Source: an uncultured Planctomycetales bacterium (lineage in GTDB: Bacteria > Omnitrophota > Gorgyraeia > Gygaellales > Profunditerraquicolaceae). Taken from it: DNA of 52,390 nucleotides. Both the position numbers and the translations under genes were made by a program. The notes beneath the pieces are model-generated. The model saw only the letters and a list, made by a program, of their open reading frames with translations. It did no database searches and was not told the origin of the DNA. The stretch covers positions 1 through 52,390 of the forward strand of contig CAYHAI010000012.1 in the NCBI GenBank assembly GCA_964354585.1, written 5' to 3'. Below, one piece after another: positions 28,305 to 36,303 of this stretch; the stretch's first letter is position 1, and each line of letters starts with the position of its first letter.

Positions 28305-29873
28305 TTATTTATATTCATCTGACACCAGATAACCCAAATCCACTAATTCCTGAACTATGGCAATCTGCTCTTTGTCTTGAGGAATAATTAAATATTCATC
28401 TGGTTTTAAGTAACGGGCGCACTTCACTAAAGAATTCCATAATTTTTTGGGATAGCGCCTAATCCTTGGCCCAGGATATCCAAATTCCATGAGTGCCTTT
28501 TCTTTATCCCAAAAGGCAATGCGGAAAAACCCGCGCCAAATACTATTTTTTTCTACTTTGGGCGGCGCGTTCATAGCTGAATATATTCCCTGGGCAACGG
28601 CAAAGGCATAATGTAAAGGTCCATCACCATAGACATAAGCTCCGGGAGGCAATTCTTTTCTTGTATCCACAAAATAATTAAAAACCCTGTTATCAACCAC
28701 ATTAAATAACTGTCTTTTTATATCTCGCTCAGTTTTTTCTAAATCCAGGGGTATCTCGGGAGGCCTCTTTATCAGATATCTTACGGCTTTCTTTAAATTA
28801 TCTTTTAAAATTTTGGGGTTACATTCTTTGAGCACAAAATTACGGTATTGTTGGTTGGATAGCCAATTTCGTTCAAGGATTGCCCTTTGTAAAAGAATTC
28901 TAAATTGCCTTAAGCTAAAGCGACAGCCAAAAAGCGTAGGATAGGTATCCACCCCTTTCCAGGGCATATTATCTGCTAAGAGCCTTAGGCCACAAAAATT
29001 AGTGGTCACCACCGGCAGTCCGCAGGACATTGCCTGGCGTGGAGTAACCCCAAAATCCTCATCTGGCTGGATAGATAGATTGACAAACAAATCTGCTGAC
29101 CAAAATAAATCCCTTAACTCCTGCTTATTCTTAGCCTCCTGAAAACGCAGCCAGGGCCTGGGCCTATTGCGCAATATTTCCGCATTAAAAAAGTGGGAAA
29201 ATGTCTTATGCTGGGCAAAAGAAAAAGCCAACCCAAACTCTTCTTCAATATTACCTGCTAAGGTAAACACAATATTATCTGAAATAGGCCAGATATCCAA
29301 GGCGCGGATTAACTGACAAATTCCCTTAGTCACAATCCATCTACCGGCATAAACAATATGTAACTGCCCTTTTCTTATCCCTTGTTTCTTACGTGCCAGC
29401 AAACGCTGATGGTTATTAGGTAGAGTAAAATAATTAGTATCTACTTTGTTACTAAAAACCGCTATCTCCGGCGCAAGACTACCCAAGTAAGACCTTATCC
29501 GATTCATTTGAAATTGGGTTGAAACAAGGTCAACCTGAGCAGAGGGCAGATATTTAAAGTTATAAAGATGCTCTGGCAACAATAACGAACCTAAAGAAAG
29601 CCAAAGTAACCGATGGGGCACTTTGGATAGGAGATTTCTTTCTGATAAAAAGTGTACTGATACAAATATCGCATCTGGTTTTCCCAGAAGCATCTTAAGT
29701 CTTTTCTCTTCTAATTTTTCATTCAGTGGAATAATTTTGCCAAGCTGGCTAAGACAGCTAAAAAACCATTTTTTATACGCGATGACCGCAGTCCCTTCGT
29801 CAACCTTGAACGGGCCTTTTTTGTTCTTCTTAAAAACACTCAAGTAGTCTTTTTCTAAGATATAAAATTTCAT
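28305..29873 (-). CDS. GT4 glycosyltransferase with C-terminal extension (RRE-like tail)
   Basis: VYAGRW...KG, DLFVNLSIQPDEDFGVTPRQAMSCGLPVV; tail ends ...QELVDLGYLV. Confidence 0.8.
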   Translation of the reverse strand: MKFYILEKDYLSVFKKNKKGPFKVDEGTAVIAYKKWFFSCLSQLGKIIPLNEKLEEKRLKMLLGKPDAIFVSVHFLSERNLLSKVPHRLLWLSLGSLLLPEHLYNFKYLPSAQVDLVSTQFQMNRIRSYLGSLAPEIAVFSNKVDTNYFTLPNNHQRLLARKKQGIRKGQLHIVYAGRWIVTKGICQLIRALDIWPISDNIVFTLAGNIEEEFGLAFSFAQHKTFSHFFNAEILRNRPRPWLRFQEAKNKQELRDLFWSADLFVNLSIQPDEDFGVTPRQAMSCGLPVVTTNFCGLRLLADNMPWKGVDTYPTLFGCRFSLRQFRILLQRAILERNWLSNQQYRNFVLKECNPKILKDNLKKAVRYLIKRPPEIPLDLEKTERDIKRQLFNVVDNRVFNYFVDTRKELPPGAYVYGDGPLHYAFAVAQGIYSAMNAPPKVEKNSIWRGFFRIAFWDKEKALMEFGYPGPRIRRYPKKLWNSLVKCARYLKPDEYLIIPQDKEQIAIVQELVDLGYLVSDEYK

Positions 29874-29901
29874 TTTAATATCCCAAGAAGGAGTTTTTAC
29901 C

Positions 29902-30822
29902 TTATATTTTTCTTACAAATTCAATAACCTTTTTATTATTTACAAATCCCAACTTAAAACAAGTAACATTCTTTACCAAATCCTCGCAAAAACAAACTAC
30001 ATTTTCTAAACACGCCTTATCCCAGAAAGTAGGAAAAAGCGCAGGATAAAGCATGCTAAATGCCTCTTTCTCACAAATACGCCGCAGTCTATTTTGGCAG
30101 GCATGATAAATAAAGAATAACTTATCCAGACGCGCTGATTCAATGCGTGACAGAAGATAATCGCTGAATTCTCCGTGCCAGGGTGAGCCATAGATAAGAA
30201 ATTTACCTTTTAATCTGCGCACAATTATGCGGTCATCATTAAGGACCATTGCCCGGCTATGCTTGTGCCAAAGCCTGGCGGTAGTACTTTTACCCATACC
30301 AGATTTACCGGCAAAAAGTAAACCCCTGCCATCTAAATCCCTTACGCCAATACTATGCACAAAGATTCCTTTTTTCCTCAAGGCAAAATAATTTATTAAA
30401 AGAACCTGTAAAAAGTCATAAATAATATCTGCAATATTCCAGACCCGGCCTTTGTTCTTCTTAGGTAATAGATAAGCGGTTACTGTGTCAAATGTCTGAT
30501 TTACCAACATAACCTGTTGTTTATTTTCTAAAGGGCAGCGGTAAATATAAGCATTATCTTTTTTTTGCAGTCTCCAGCTCTCCTGGTGTCCATCGGGGTG
30601 AAAGGTGGTAAAGATATCTCTGGCTTTACCAATATCCGGCGATTTATCCACTATGTCAATCTTAATGGCAATATCCGGCTTAGCTTTTCCTTTATATAAA
30701 AAGCTATTAAACCTTTCGGGAATCTGCAGTCTTTGTCCTTTTTTGCTAAGTTGTTCATAACTAAAATTACTCTGTAGCTGAATGATTGTGTCAGCGATTT
30801 TTAGCTTAACCTCTGTTTTCAT
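29902..30822 (-). CDS. HPr-kinase-like P-loop protein (ScmC/HPr-rel-A type; putative peptide kinase)
   Basis: VHSIGV...GLLFAGKSGMGKSTTA...VLNDDRIIVR...YGSPWHGE. Start moved to MKTEVK (30822) to remove the overlap with the upstream gene. Confidence 0.8.
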   Translation of the reverse strand: MKTEVKLKIADTIIQLQSNFSYEQLSKKGQRLQIPERFNSFLYKGKAKPDIAIKIDIVDKSPDIGKARDIFTTFHPDGHQESWRLQKKDNAYIYRCPLENKQQVMLVNQTFDTVTAYLLPKKNKGRVWNIADIIYDFLQVLLINYFALRKKGIFVHSIGVRDLDGRGLLFAGKSGMGKSTTARLWHKHSRAMVLNDDRIIVRRLKGKFLIYGSPWHGEFSDYLLSRIESARLDKLFFIYHACQNRLRRICEKEAFSMLYPALFPTFWDKACLENVVCFCEDLVKNVTCFKLGFVNNKKVIEFVRKI

Positions 30823-30835
30823 ATTCTTTTCTTCT

Positions 30836-31930
30836 CTATTCTGCCCGGTATTGGCTTTCTGGATCGCAGGCAGTGAAGGTTCTATTATAAAGCAAGGCCT
30901 GCCCCGGCCACCATTTGCAATCATTGCAGAATTGGCATTTATCGCATTGATAATTCTTATCTGGCTTTATAGAGGCAACTAACTCTTTTAATCTCTCCCA
31001 CGCATATTTCAAACCATCTTTCGGATGTACGATGTGCGATGTGCGATGTACGATGTACTTATTCAATATTTTATATTTAGGATAATCTATCATCAAACAC
31101 ATCTTCAACTCGCCATATGGAGTTATCGCTGCTTGACTTACTCCTACCCCGCATTTAAATAGAGTATTGTGTATTGTGTATTGTGTATTGTGTTCTGATT
31201 TTTGAAAATTCAAACCGCAGGCTTCAAATTTGTCTTTACTGGTGACCTGGCGACCTGGTGACCTGGTGACTATTTGTTTCCTAAATCCTCTATGCCGATA
31301 CGGTTCTCTATCGCCATCTAAACGCGGTGAAAGCCTATCATCTAAACGATGCAAAGCGCCTAAAGAAGCTGCAAAATCCTGAATTTCTTTTATCTCCTTC
31401 TCATTTTCCTTTAAAAGGCAACTCTTAAATCCCAGCCTGACTCCATTTTTATGCAAAAGCCGGATGGCCTTAAATACATTATCGCAAGAGCCCTTAACTC
31501 CCGTAATCTGCTCAAAAGCCCTTTTACTTATAGCCGGGATAGTAATATCTACCTTATTTGGGTTGAGCTGCTTCAATTCCTCGGCTTTGGCTTTATCTAT
31601 GAGCGAACCATTGGTATAAATAATAATCTGGAAACCTTTCTTCTTGGCATACCAGAGAATCTTGAATATATCCTCTCTTAAAAATGGCTCGCCGCCGGTA
31701 AATCCCAAATAAAAACAGCCTAAATCTTTAAGTTGGTCTAAAATAGAAAATACCTCTTTTGTGGTAAGTTCTACCCTGGCTTTCTTTTGATAACTGGCTG
31801 GAACATAACAGTGTCTACATCTAAAATGACATCTATAGGTTAATTCAAATATTACCCGCAAAGGGAAACTATCTTTCCTTGCTGTTTTATGTATCTGTTG
31901 CCAAAAATCGTGGTAGGATCTAACTTCCAT
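30836..31930 (-). CDS. Radical SAM/SPASM protein 2
   Basis: ELTYRCHFRCRHCY, FTGGEP, YTNG; SPASM FKCGVG...ITPYGELKMC...CDKCQFCNDCKWWPG...C. Confidence 0.92.
   Translation of the reverse strand: MEVRSYHDFWQQIHKTARKDSFPLRVIFELTYRCHFRCRHCYVPASYQKKARVELTTKEVFSILDQLKDLGCFYLGFTGGEPFLREDIFKILWYAKKKGFQIIIYTNGSLIDKAKAEELKQLNPNKVDITIPAISKRAFEQITGVKGSCDNVFKAIRLLHKNGVRLGFKSCLLKENEKEIKEIQDFAASLGALHRLDDRLSPRLDGDREPYRHRGFRKQIVTRSPGRQVTSKDKFEACGLNFQKSEHNTQYTIHNTLFKCGVGVSQAAITPYGELKMCLMIDYPKYKILNKYIVHRTSHIVHPKDGLKYAWERLKELVASIKPDKNYQCDKCQFCNDCKWWPGQALLYNRTFTACDPESQYRAE
31024..31058. repeat. Heptamer tandem repeat GATGT(A/G)C x5 inside radical SAM 2
   Basis: gatgtac gatgtgc gatgtgc gatgtac gatgtac; encodes YIVHRTSHIVH. 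Confidence 0.9.
31162..31194. repeat. Heptamer tandem repeat G(A/T)GTATT x4.5 inside radical SAM 2
   Basis: gagtatt gtgtatt gtgtatt gtgtatt gtgtt; encodes HNTQYTIHNTL. Confidence 0.9.
31239..31270. repeat. Octamer tandem repeat CTGG(T/C)GAC x4 inside radical SAM 2
   Basis: ctggtgac ctggcgac ctggtgac ctggtgac; encodes VTRSPGRQVTS. Confidence 0.9.
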
Positions 31931-32993
31931 TAATCTGTTCTGCAGTTGCTTTAGCTAATTCGCAATAATAAGGAACCGGCGCCTCTTCATCACCGGTTTC
32001 TAAATACGCCCTTGCTGGACAATGATAGCAAATCGGTCTTAACCGGCAATCCTTACATTTAGAGTTAGTTTTAAATTTTTCATTTAAAAGTTTAGGAAAT
32101 ATATTATAGAAACCTTCTCTAAAGGCAGTGTCTTTTAGATTAACGCTAAACTTATCTGAGAAGCCACAGAACTTAAGATAACCGTAAGGGTTAATGTCAA
32201 AATGCTGCATCCATGAATTACACTGATAAAGAAACTGCCTATCTCTTCTTAACTTAGGCAAAGTGCAATCTAAACTCTCTTGATATTCCTTCCAGATATC
32301 CGGGTCTTGCTTTTTTACCTCTAATAACTCCGCAGGCGAAAGCCTATAATTACAAGGTATTTTATCACGGTTGTATCTAGGGTATATCATAGGGTCATAT
32401 TGAAAACGGTATCTATTTCGGGGTAAATTATCAAAGGCTTTTTCTGTAAAAGCCTTTATCCGGCCAATCTGGGACTTATTTTGCTTAAGGCAGTTAGCTT
32501 TTAATATCAAGGGCGATTTTTTTTCTTTCAACTGGCTGATTGTATCCATAACCTTAGCAAAAGAACCGGGAACCCGAGTAATTGCTTCATAGGTTTTTTG
32601 GGTTATGCCATTTAAGGTAATTTCTATAGAATAAGGCGGAGATTTTAGAAAATAATTAATCATCTGGGCTGTAAGTGCCTGGCCATTGGTAAGCAGGGTG
32701 ATAAAAAATCCTTTTTTCTTGGCATAAGAATAAATCTCCAGGAAATCCTTTCTTATTAAGGGGTCTCCTCCGGTAAGGCACAGGCACAAGCAACCCTCTC
32801 TTTGTATCATATCGAGGATCCGCTTCCATTCTGCAGTGGTTAGTTCCCGGCGTGTTGATTCTAAGCCTTTACAATAGCAATGGACGCAATTTAATTTACA
32901 TCTATAAGTGAGTTCAATCTGGCCATTTAAAGGAAAGTGTGCTTTTTTATTAAAGAGGTCATAGAAAAAATACCCGGCCTGCTTTTTGTTCAT
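31920..32993 (-). CDS. Radical SAM/SPASM protein 1
   Basis: ELTYRCKLNCVHCY, LTGGDPL, LTNG; SPASM YQCNSW...INPYGYLKFC...CKDCRLRPICYHCPA...YYC. Confidence 0.93.
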   Translation of the reverse strand: MNKKQAGYFFYDLFNKKAHFPLNGQIELTYRCKLNCVHCYCKGLESTRRELTTAEWKRILDMIQREGCLCLCLTGGDPLIRKDFLEIYSYAKKKGFFITLLTNGQALTAQMINYFLKSPPYSIEITLNGITQKTYEAITRVPGSFAKVMDTISQLKEKKSPLILKANCLKQNKSQIGRIKAFTEKAFDNLPRNRYRFQYDPMIYPRYNRDKIPCNYRLSPAELLEVKKQDPDIWKEYQESLDCTLPKLRRDRQFLYQCNSWMQHFDINPYGYLKFCGFSDKFSVNLKDTAFREGFYNIFPKLLNEKFKTNSKCKDCRLRPICYHCPARAYLETGDEEAPVPYYCELAKATAEQINGS

Positions 32994-33134
32994 TGCTACA
33001 TTCTCCTAAACGCACGTCTTGAAAATATCTTTTTTCTCAACTTAGCTATGCCAAACCTAATCCCTCTTATATCCTCTTGTTGCCAAATTTTGAATTTGCT
33101 CTTATTAACAAACTACCAAATCGCCAAAAAGGGC

Positions 33135-33377
33135 TTAGGAAGCGGCAACGGTAGTGTTCTGTTTATATGTAGAGGCAGTCCCACTCGCAGCATCGCAGGT
33201 TACATGCGTCTCACCCACCTTCGGACTCGTAATCCCGCAAGGCCTATATTGAGACGCTCCCTTGTTAGCTGCTACTGTTGTCCAGCTCTGACCAGTATAG
33301 CAGGCGCACTGCAATACCGCCTGTTCAGGGTTGAGTTTTACCCGCGTGATTACCGGCTCAAACTTCTTCTTATACAT
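33135..33377 (-). CDS. Putative RiPP precursor peptide (80 aa)
   Basis: Strong SD (GAGGTGA) before ATG; basic leader-like N-terminus KKKFEPVITRVKLNPEQAVL; core with Cys24/26/47/61 and 16 Ser/Thr; directly upstream of radical SAM/SPASM genes. Confidence 0.8.
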   Translation of the reverse strand: MYKKKFEPVITRVKLNPEQAVLQCACYTGQSWTTVAANKGASQYRPCGITSPKVGETHVTCDAASGTASTYKQNTTVAAS

Positions 33378-33415
33378 ACATTCACCTCGCTTTCTAATAA
33401 CTCTATTTCTATCTA

Positions 33416-34201
33416 TTAATATTTGTCAAATAAGTCCTTGATAATTGTCTTGGCGTTCACTACGAGATTGGCTTCATCTTCATTAAAAAGAAAAGGCCTT
33501 AATCCCTTCGCAAGCCTTTCCAATTCCGAAAGACTAAATTCATTAATCGTCTCGAGCATAACTTCTCTAGGCTCTTGCTTAATACCATTGGCTTCTAACA
33601 CATCTTTATTGATCGGGAATTTTTTAGAAAGCATAATAATAATATCATAGATATGTCTTCCCTTCTTAATATGCCTTAAGGCGTCTATCTTTTCCGCAAA
33701 GACTGAGCCTTTAGACATTACCCTAACTGGAAAAATCTCGCCAAAACTTGAAACGTTAGTTGTCTCTGTCTCCAGTTCAAATATAGGTCTGTTGGCTTCC
33801 AACTTTACCATAAGATTTCCTCTTTTATCCATTATCTTGTAATATTCTAAGACATTTTTGAATACAAATACGCTTGATGAAAGTCTTCCTCTATGCTGGA
33901 AAGCAACCTCAGGATGAATATTCTCTCTTTTTAATTCTTCTTTGACAAATTCTGCAGCCTTTTGGAATTCTACCTTATTGACTTCGGTAATGTTGAAATC
34001 TAAATCTTCGGAAAACCTCTTAAAACCATATACTAATCTTAACGAGGTTCCACCTAAAAAATAAAATTTATCATGCCATTTACTTACGTAAAGATATTTG
34101 AGCATAAGGGTCTGAATATATTCTCTCATTATGCCGCGCATCTTATTGATGGGCAGATTATTAATCTTGGCCTGCTCTATTAGTGCTTCATAACCGAGCA
34201 T
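33416..34201 (-). CDS. AbiEii/AbiGii-family nucleotidyltransferase (type IV TA toxin)
   Basis: FLGGTSLRLVYGFKRFSEDLDF, AEKIDAL...RHIYDI. Confidence 0.9.
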   Translation of the reverse strand: MLGYEALIEQAKINNLPINKMRGIMREYIQTLMLKYLYVSKWHDKFYFLGGTSLRLVYGFKRFSEDLDFNITEVNKVEFQKAAEFVKEELKRENIHPEVAFQHRGRLSSSVFVFKNVLEYYKIMDKRGNLMVKLEANRPIFELETETTNVSSFGEIFPVRVMSKGSVFAEKIDALRHIKKGRHIYDIIIMLSKKFPINKDVLEANGIKQEPREVMLETINEFSLSELERLAKGLRPFLFNEDEANLVVNAKTIIKDLFDKY

Positions 34202-34808
34202 AAATATCCTTTATTGTATTATAAGTTAATTTATTAAGATAAGAAGCGTAATTATAGAGTTTTGCCTTTTTAAATTTTTTAAGCACGGATAAATCAAGGC
34301 GCTCTTCTTCTACATTAATTTTATGACCATCATATAGTTTGAAATAAACATAATCTGCAAACGCCTTTTCTGGTTCAGCAATTTTAATCTTAAATTTATT
34401 CTCTTCTATAATTCTATAGCCAATGAAGGCATTTGTCTTTATGCTTCTGTATCTAAAAAAACCATGGTAATTCTTAAATTCCCGCGTGGGTTTTGTGGTA
34501 ATAGAAGTAACGCCAAAGGCGACTTCCGGAATTATATTGTAGATAGAAAGCGCGGTCTCTAATGATACATAAGATGGGCTATATAACTTATTTGCCAAGA
34601 ATAAATCAGGGATATTTTTGCTTTCTGGATAGATTATCTCATAAAGTCCATTTTTTAGAACTCTAATCCAATTACGTTTCTTCCAATAGTGAATTTGCTG
34701 TCTTAAAATCTCTTTTTTTTCTTCTGGAAAAAGACAGTATAAATCCTGAGTTGAAAATAGATATAATCGGTTTTCCTCTAACTTCTTATACAGATCAATA
34801 TATTTCAT
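34188..34808 (-). CDS. AbiEi-family antitoxin / transcriptional regulator (type IV TA)
   Basis: N-terminal wHTH (LKNGLY), LYSPSYVSLETALSIYNIIPE, TSITT, IAEPEKAFADY; overlaps the toxin start. Confidence 0.9.
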   Translation of the reverse strand: MKYIDLYKKLEENRLYLFSTQDLYCLFPEEKKEILRQQIHYWKKRNWIRVLKNGLYEIIYPESKNIPDLFLANKLYSPSYVSLETALSIYNIIPEVAFGVTSITTKPTREFKNYHGFFRYRSIKTNAFIGYRIIEENKFKIKIAEPEKAFADYVYFKLYDGHKINVEEERLDLSVLKKFKKAKLYNYASYLNKLTYNTIKDIYARL

Positions 34809-34842
34809 TTTATTATAATTATTTATGACTTTCTGAAATAGA

Positions 34843-34871
34843 ATTATAACTAATAAAATCTAATTTGTCAA
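34843..34871 (-). promoter_or_regulatory. Consensus sigma70 promoter of the abiE pair
   Basis: Minus strand TTGACA-17 nt-TATAAT (perfect). An imperfect inverted repeat TTATAATT...AATTATAA (about 34813-34849) overlaps the -10, as expected for an AbiEi operator. Confidence 0.8.
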
Positions 34872-35068
34872 TAAAATAATTCCCTAATTTTTAAATTTTT
34901 ACATTAAATTTAAAAGATTCAGACAGGATTTCTTGAAAAGGCAAAAACCGTATCCTGCCAGGCGAGGTAAAACCAAAACCATCAAAAGAATAGAAAGAAA
35001 ATTCGCTTTAATCGCAAAGCTAATTCCTTCGCCAAGCGACAGTATCTCCTCACCGCTACCTAGACGCG

Positions 35069-35353
35069 TTAACCCTTAACCGCCTTTATCTCTTTTAAGT
35101 CTTTTAAGAATTTTGTTAATTCTTTATCCAGTTTTTTTTCTGTAGTGTCAAACTCTTGCAAAAGTGTCTTTTTAATCTTTTCCAGACTTCTCTTGCCGTC
35201 AATAAGTTCCCAAATCCTTGCTGCTACCTTATTCAGGGTATAAATACAGTTTATCTCATCAGATGTCTTATAAATGGGCATAAGGATTGTTTCGTCTTCG
35301 ATGGTGCGACTAACTATATTAGGGTTCTTTTTCAATACGACTGATTCCTTCAT
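35069..35353 (-). CDS. PqqD-family standalone RiPP recognition element (RRE)
   Basis: 94 aa; IVSRTIEDETILMP...IYTLNKVAARIWELIDGKRSL...FLKDLKEIKAV; strong SD GGAGGAGG. Confidence 0.92.
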   Translation of the reverse strand: MKESVVLKKNPNIVSRTIEDETILMPIYKTSDEINCIYTLNKVAARIWELIDGKRSLEKIKKTLLQEFDTTEKKLDKELTKFLKDLKEIKAVKG

Positions 35354-35417
35354 TTCCTCCTCCCTCTTTGATAAGTTACCTTATAGATACAAGCGATACA
35401 GCTATTGCCACGACCTT

Positions 35418-36245
35418 TTAAGGCGAAACAAGTAATCTTATCATCTGCTGCGCTAACTCCTGTGCTTTTTTAAACTTGCCGATAGATATATGCTGATAAA
35501 TAAATTTCATCCTTGCCTTTATCCCATTGCCAAACCTGTCAAAGAATAGAATATTATTTATATATACTTGCAACCATCTCTCTTTTGGAACGTTGTAGTT
35601 CATACCGGTTTTTGACCTGTTCCACTCATAAATTGTATGATTGATATAACATCCTTTGGCGCCCGACATTAAAGCGCGCATCCAAAAATCCACATCCTGA
35701 CCGTCATACGAAAACTCCTGTAGATATCCGCCTATGCGTCTCCATAAAGATTTTCGGCAGGGGCTGCCTCCATAAAGAATCCAATTATGAGTGGCTAAAT
35801 ATCTGGGGTTCAAAAACCCATCACGAGAACAGAGAACACTGCAGTCTATTAGCTTTTCAATACCCTTCTCTGGTTCGCGGCGAATATAATTGCCAAAGAT
35901 AAAATCAGCTTCCGGTGCTTTTCTAAACCCATTGCGTATAGCGGCTATCGCTGCCTGCGGCAGGGTATCATCAGCATCTAAAGGCACGCAAATATCTCCC
36001 TCTATAGCTTCGTAACCGCTATTCCTCGCTGCTGACAACCCGCAGTTTTCCTTATGCCAGATAATATGCGCTTTCTTTTCCTGTTCTAATTCACGGCAGA
36101 TCTGATTTGTCGAGACATCAGACGAGGCATCGTTTACAATAAGTGTCTCAAAATCCTTGTCGGTCTGGCTTTCAAGACTTGCAAATGCCCGTCGCAGCAG
36201 TTCGCCTTCATTGTAGCAGGTTATTACTACGCTTATTCTGTCCAC
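35418..36245 (-). CDS. GT2 glycosyltransferase
   Basis: ISVVITCYN, VNDASSD, GLSAARNSG, LDADD, QDVDFW; GTG start. Confidence 0.9.
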   Translation of the reverse strand: MDRISVVITCYNEGELLRRAFASLESQTDKDFETLIVNDASSDVSTNQICRELEQEKKAHIIWHKENCGLSAARNSGYEAIEGDICVPLDADDTLPQAAIAAIRNGFRKAPEADFIFGNYIRREPEKGIEKLIDCSVLCSRDGFLNPRYLATHNWILYGGSPCRKSLWRRIGGYLQEFSYDGQDVDFWMRALMSGAKGCYINHTIYEWNRSKTGMNYNVPKERWLQVYINNILFFDRFGNGIKARMKFIYQHISIGKFKKAQELAQQMIRLLVSP

Positions 36246-36303
36246 GGATTGTCCTTAGTTACTTTTGTCAACAGTGCTTTATTTAAGCCAATTCAAGAGG
36301 CTT

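Noticed and set aside
30823-30924. N-terminal extensions in the ORF track (also 3063-3113, 10224-10268, 26603-26665, 40565-40651)
   Set aside because: They overlap upstream genes; downstream Met codons give non-overlapping starts that fit the domain boundaries.
33135-33377. Lasso peptide interpretation of the precursor
   Set aside because: No Asp/Glu at ring positions 7-9 after the apparent leader, no B2 transglutaminase-like protease in the window, and the adjacent enzymes are rSAM/SPASM.
32937-33419. 160-aa plus-strand ORF antisense to the precursor
   Set aside because: No recognisable motifs and it overlaps three minus-strand genes; the minus-strand peptide has the strong SD and the operon context.
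34900-35068. Possible riboswitch or ops/JUMPstart element between pqqD and abiEi (GGCAAAA..., CGCAAAGC, GGTAGCGG)
   Set aside because: Only fragmentary matches, partly on the wrong strand, and no consistent stems could be drawn; an Rfam/Infernal scan would settle it.
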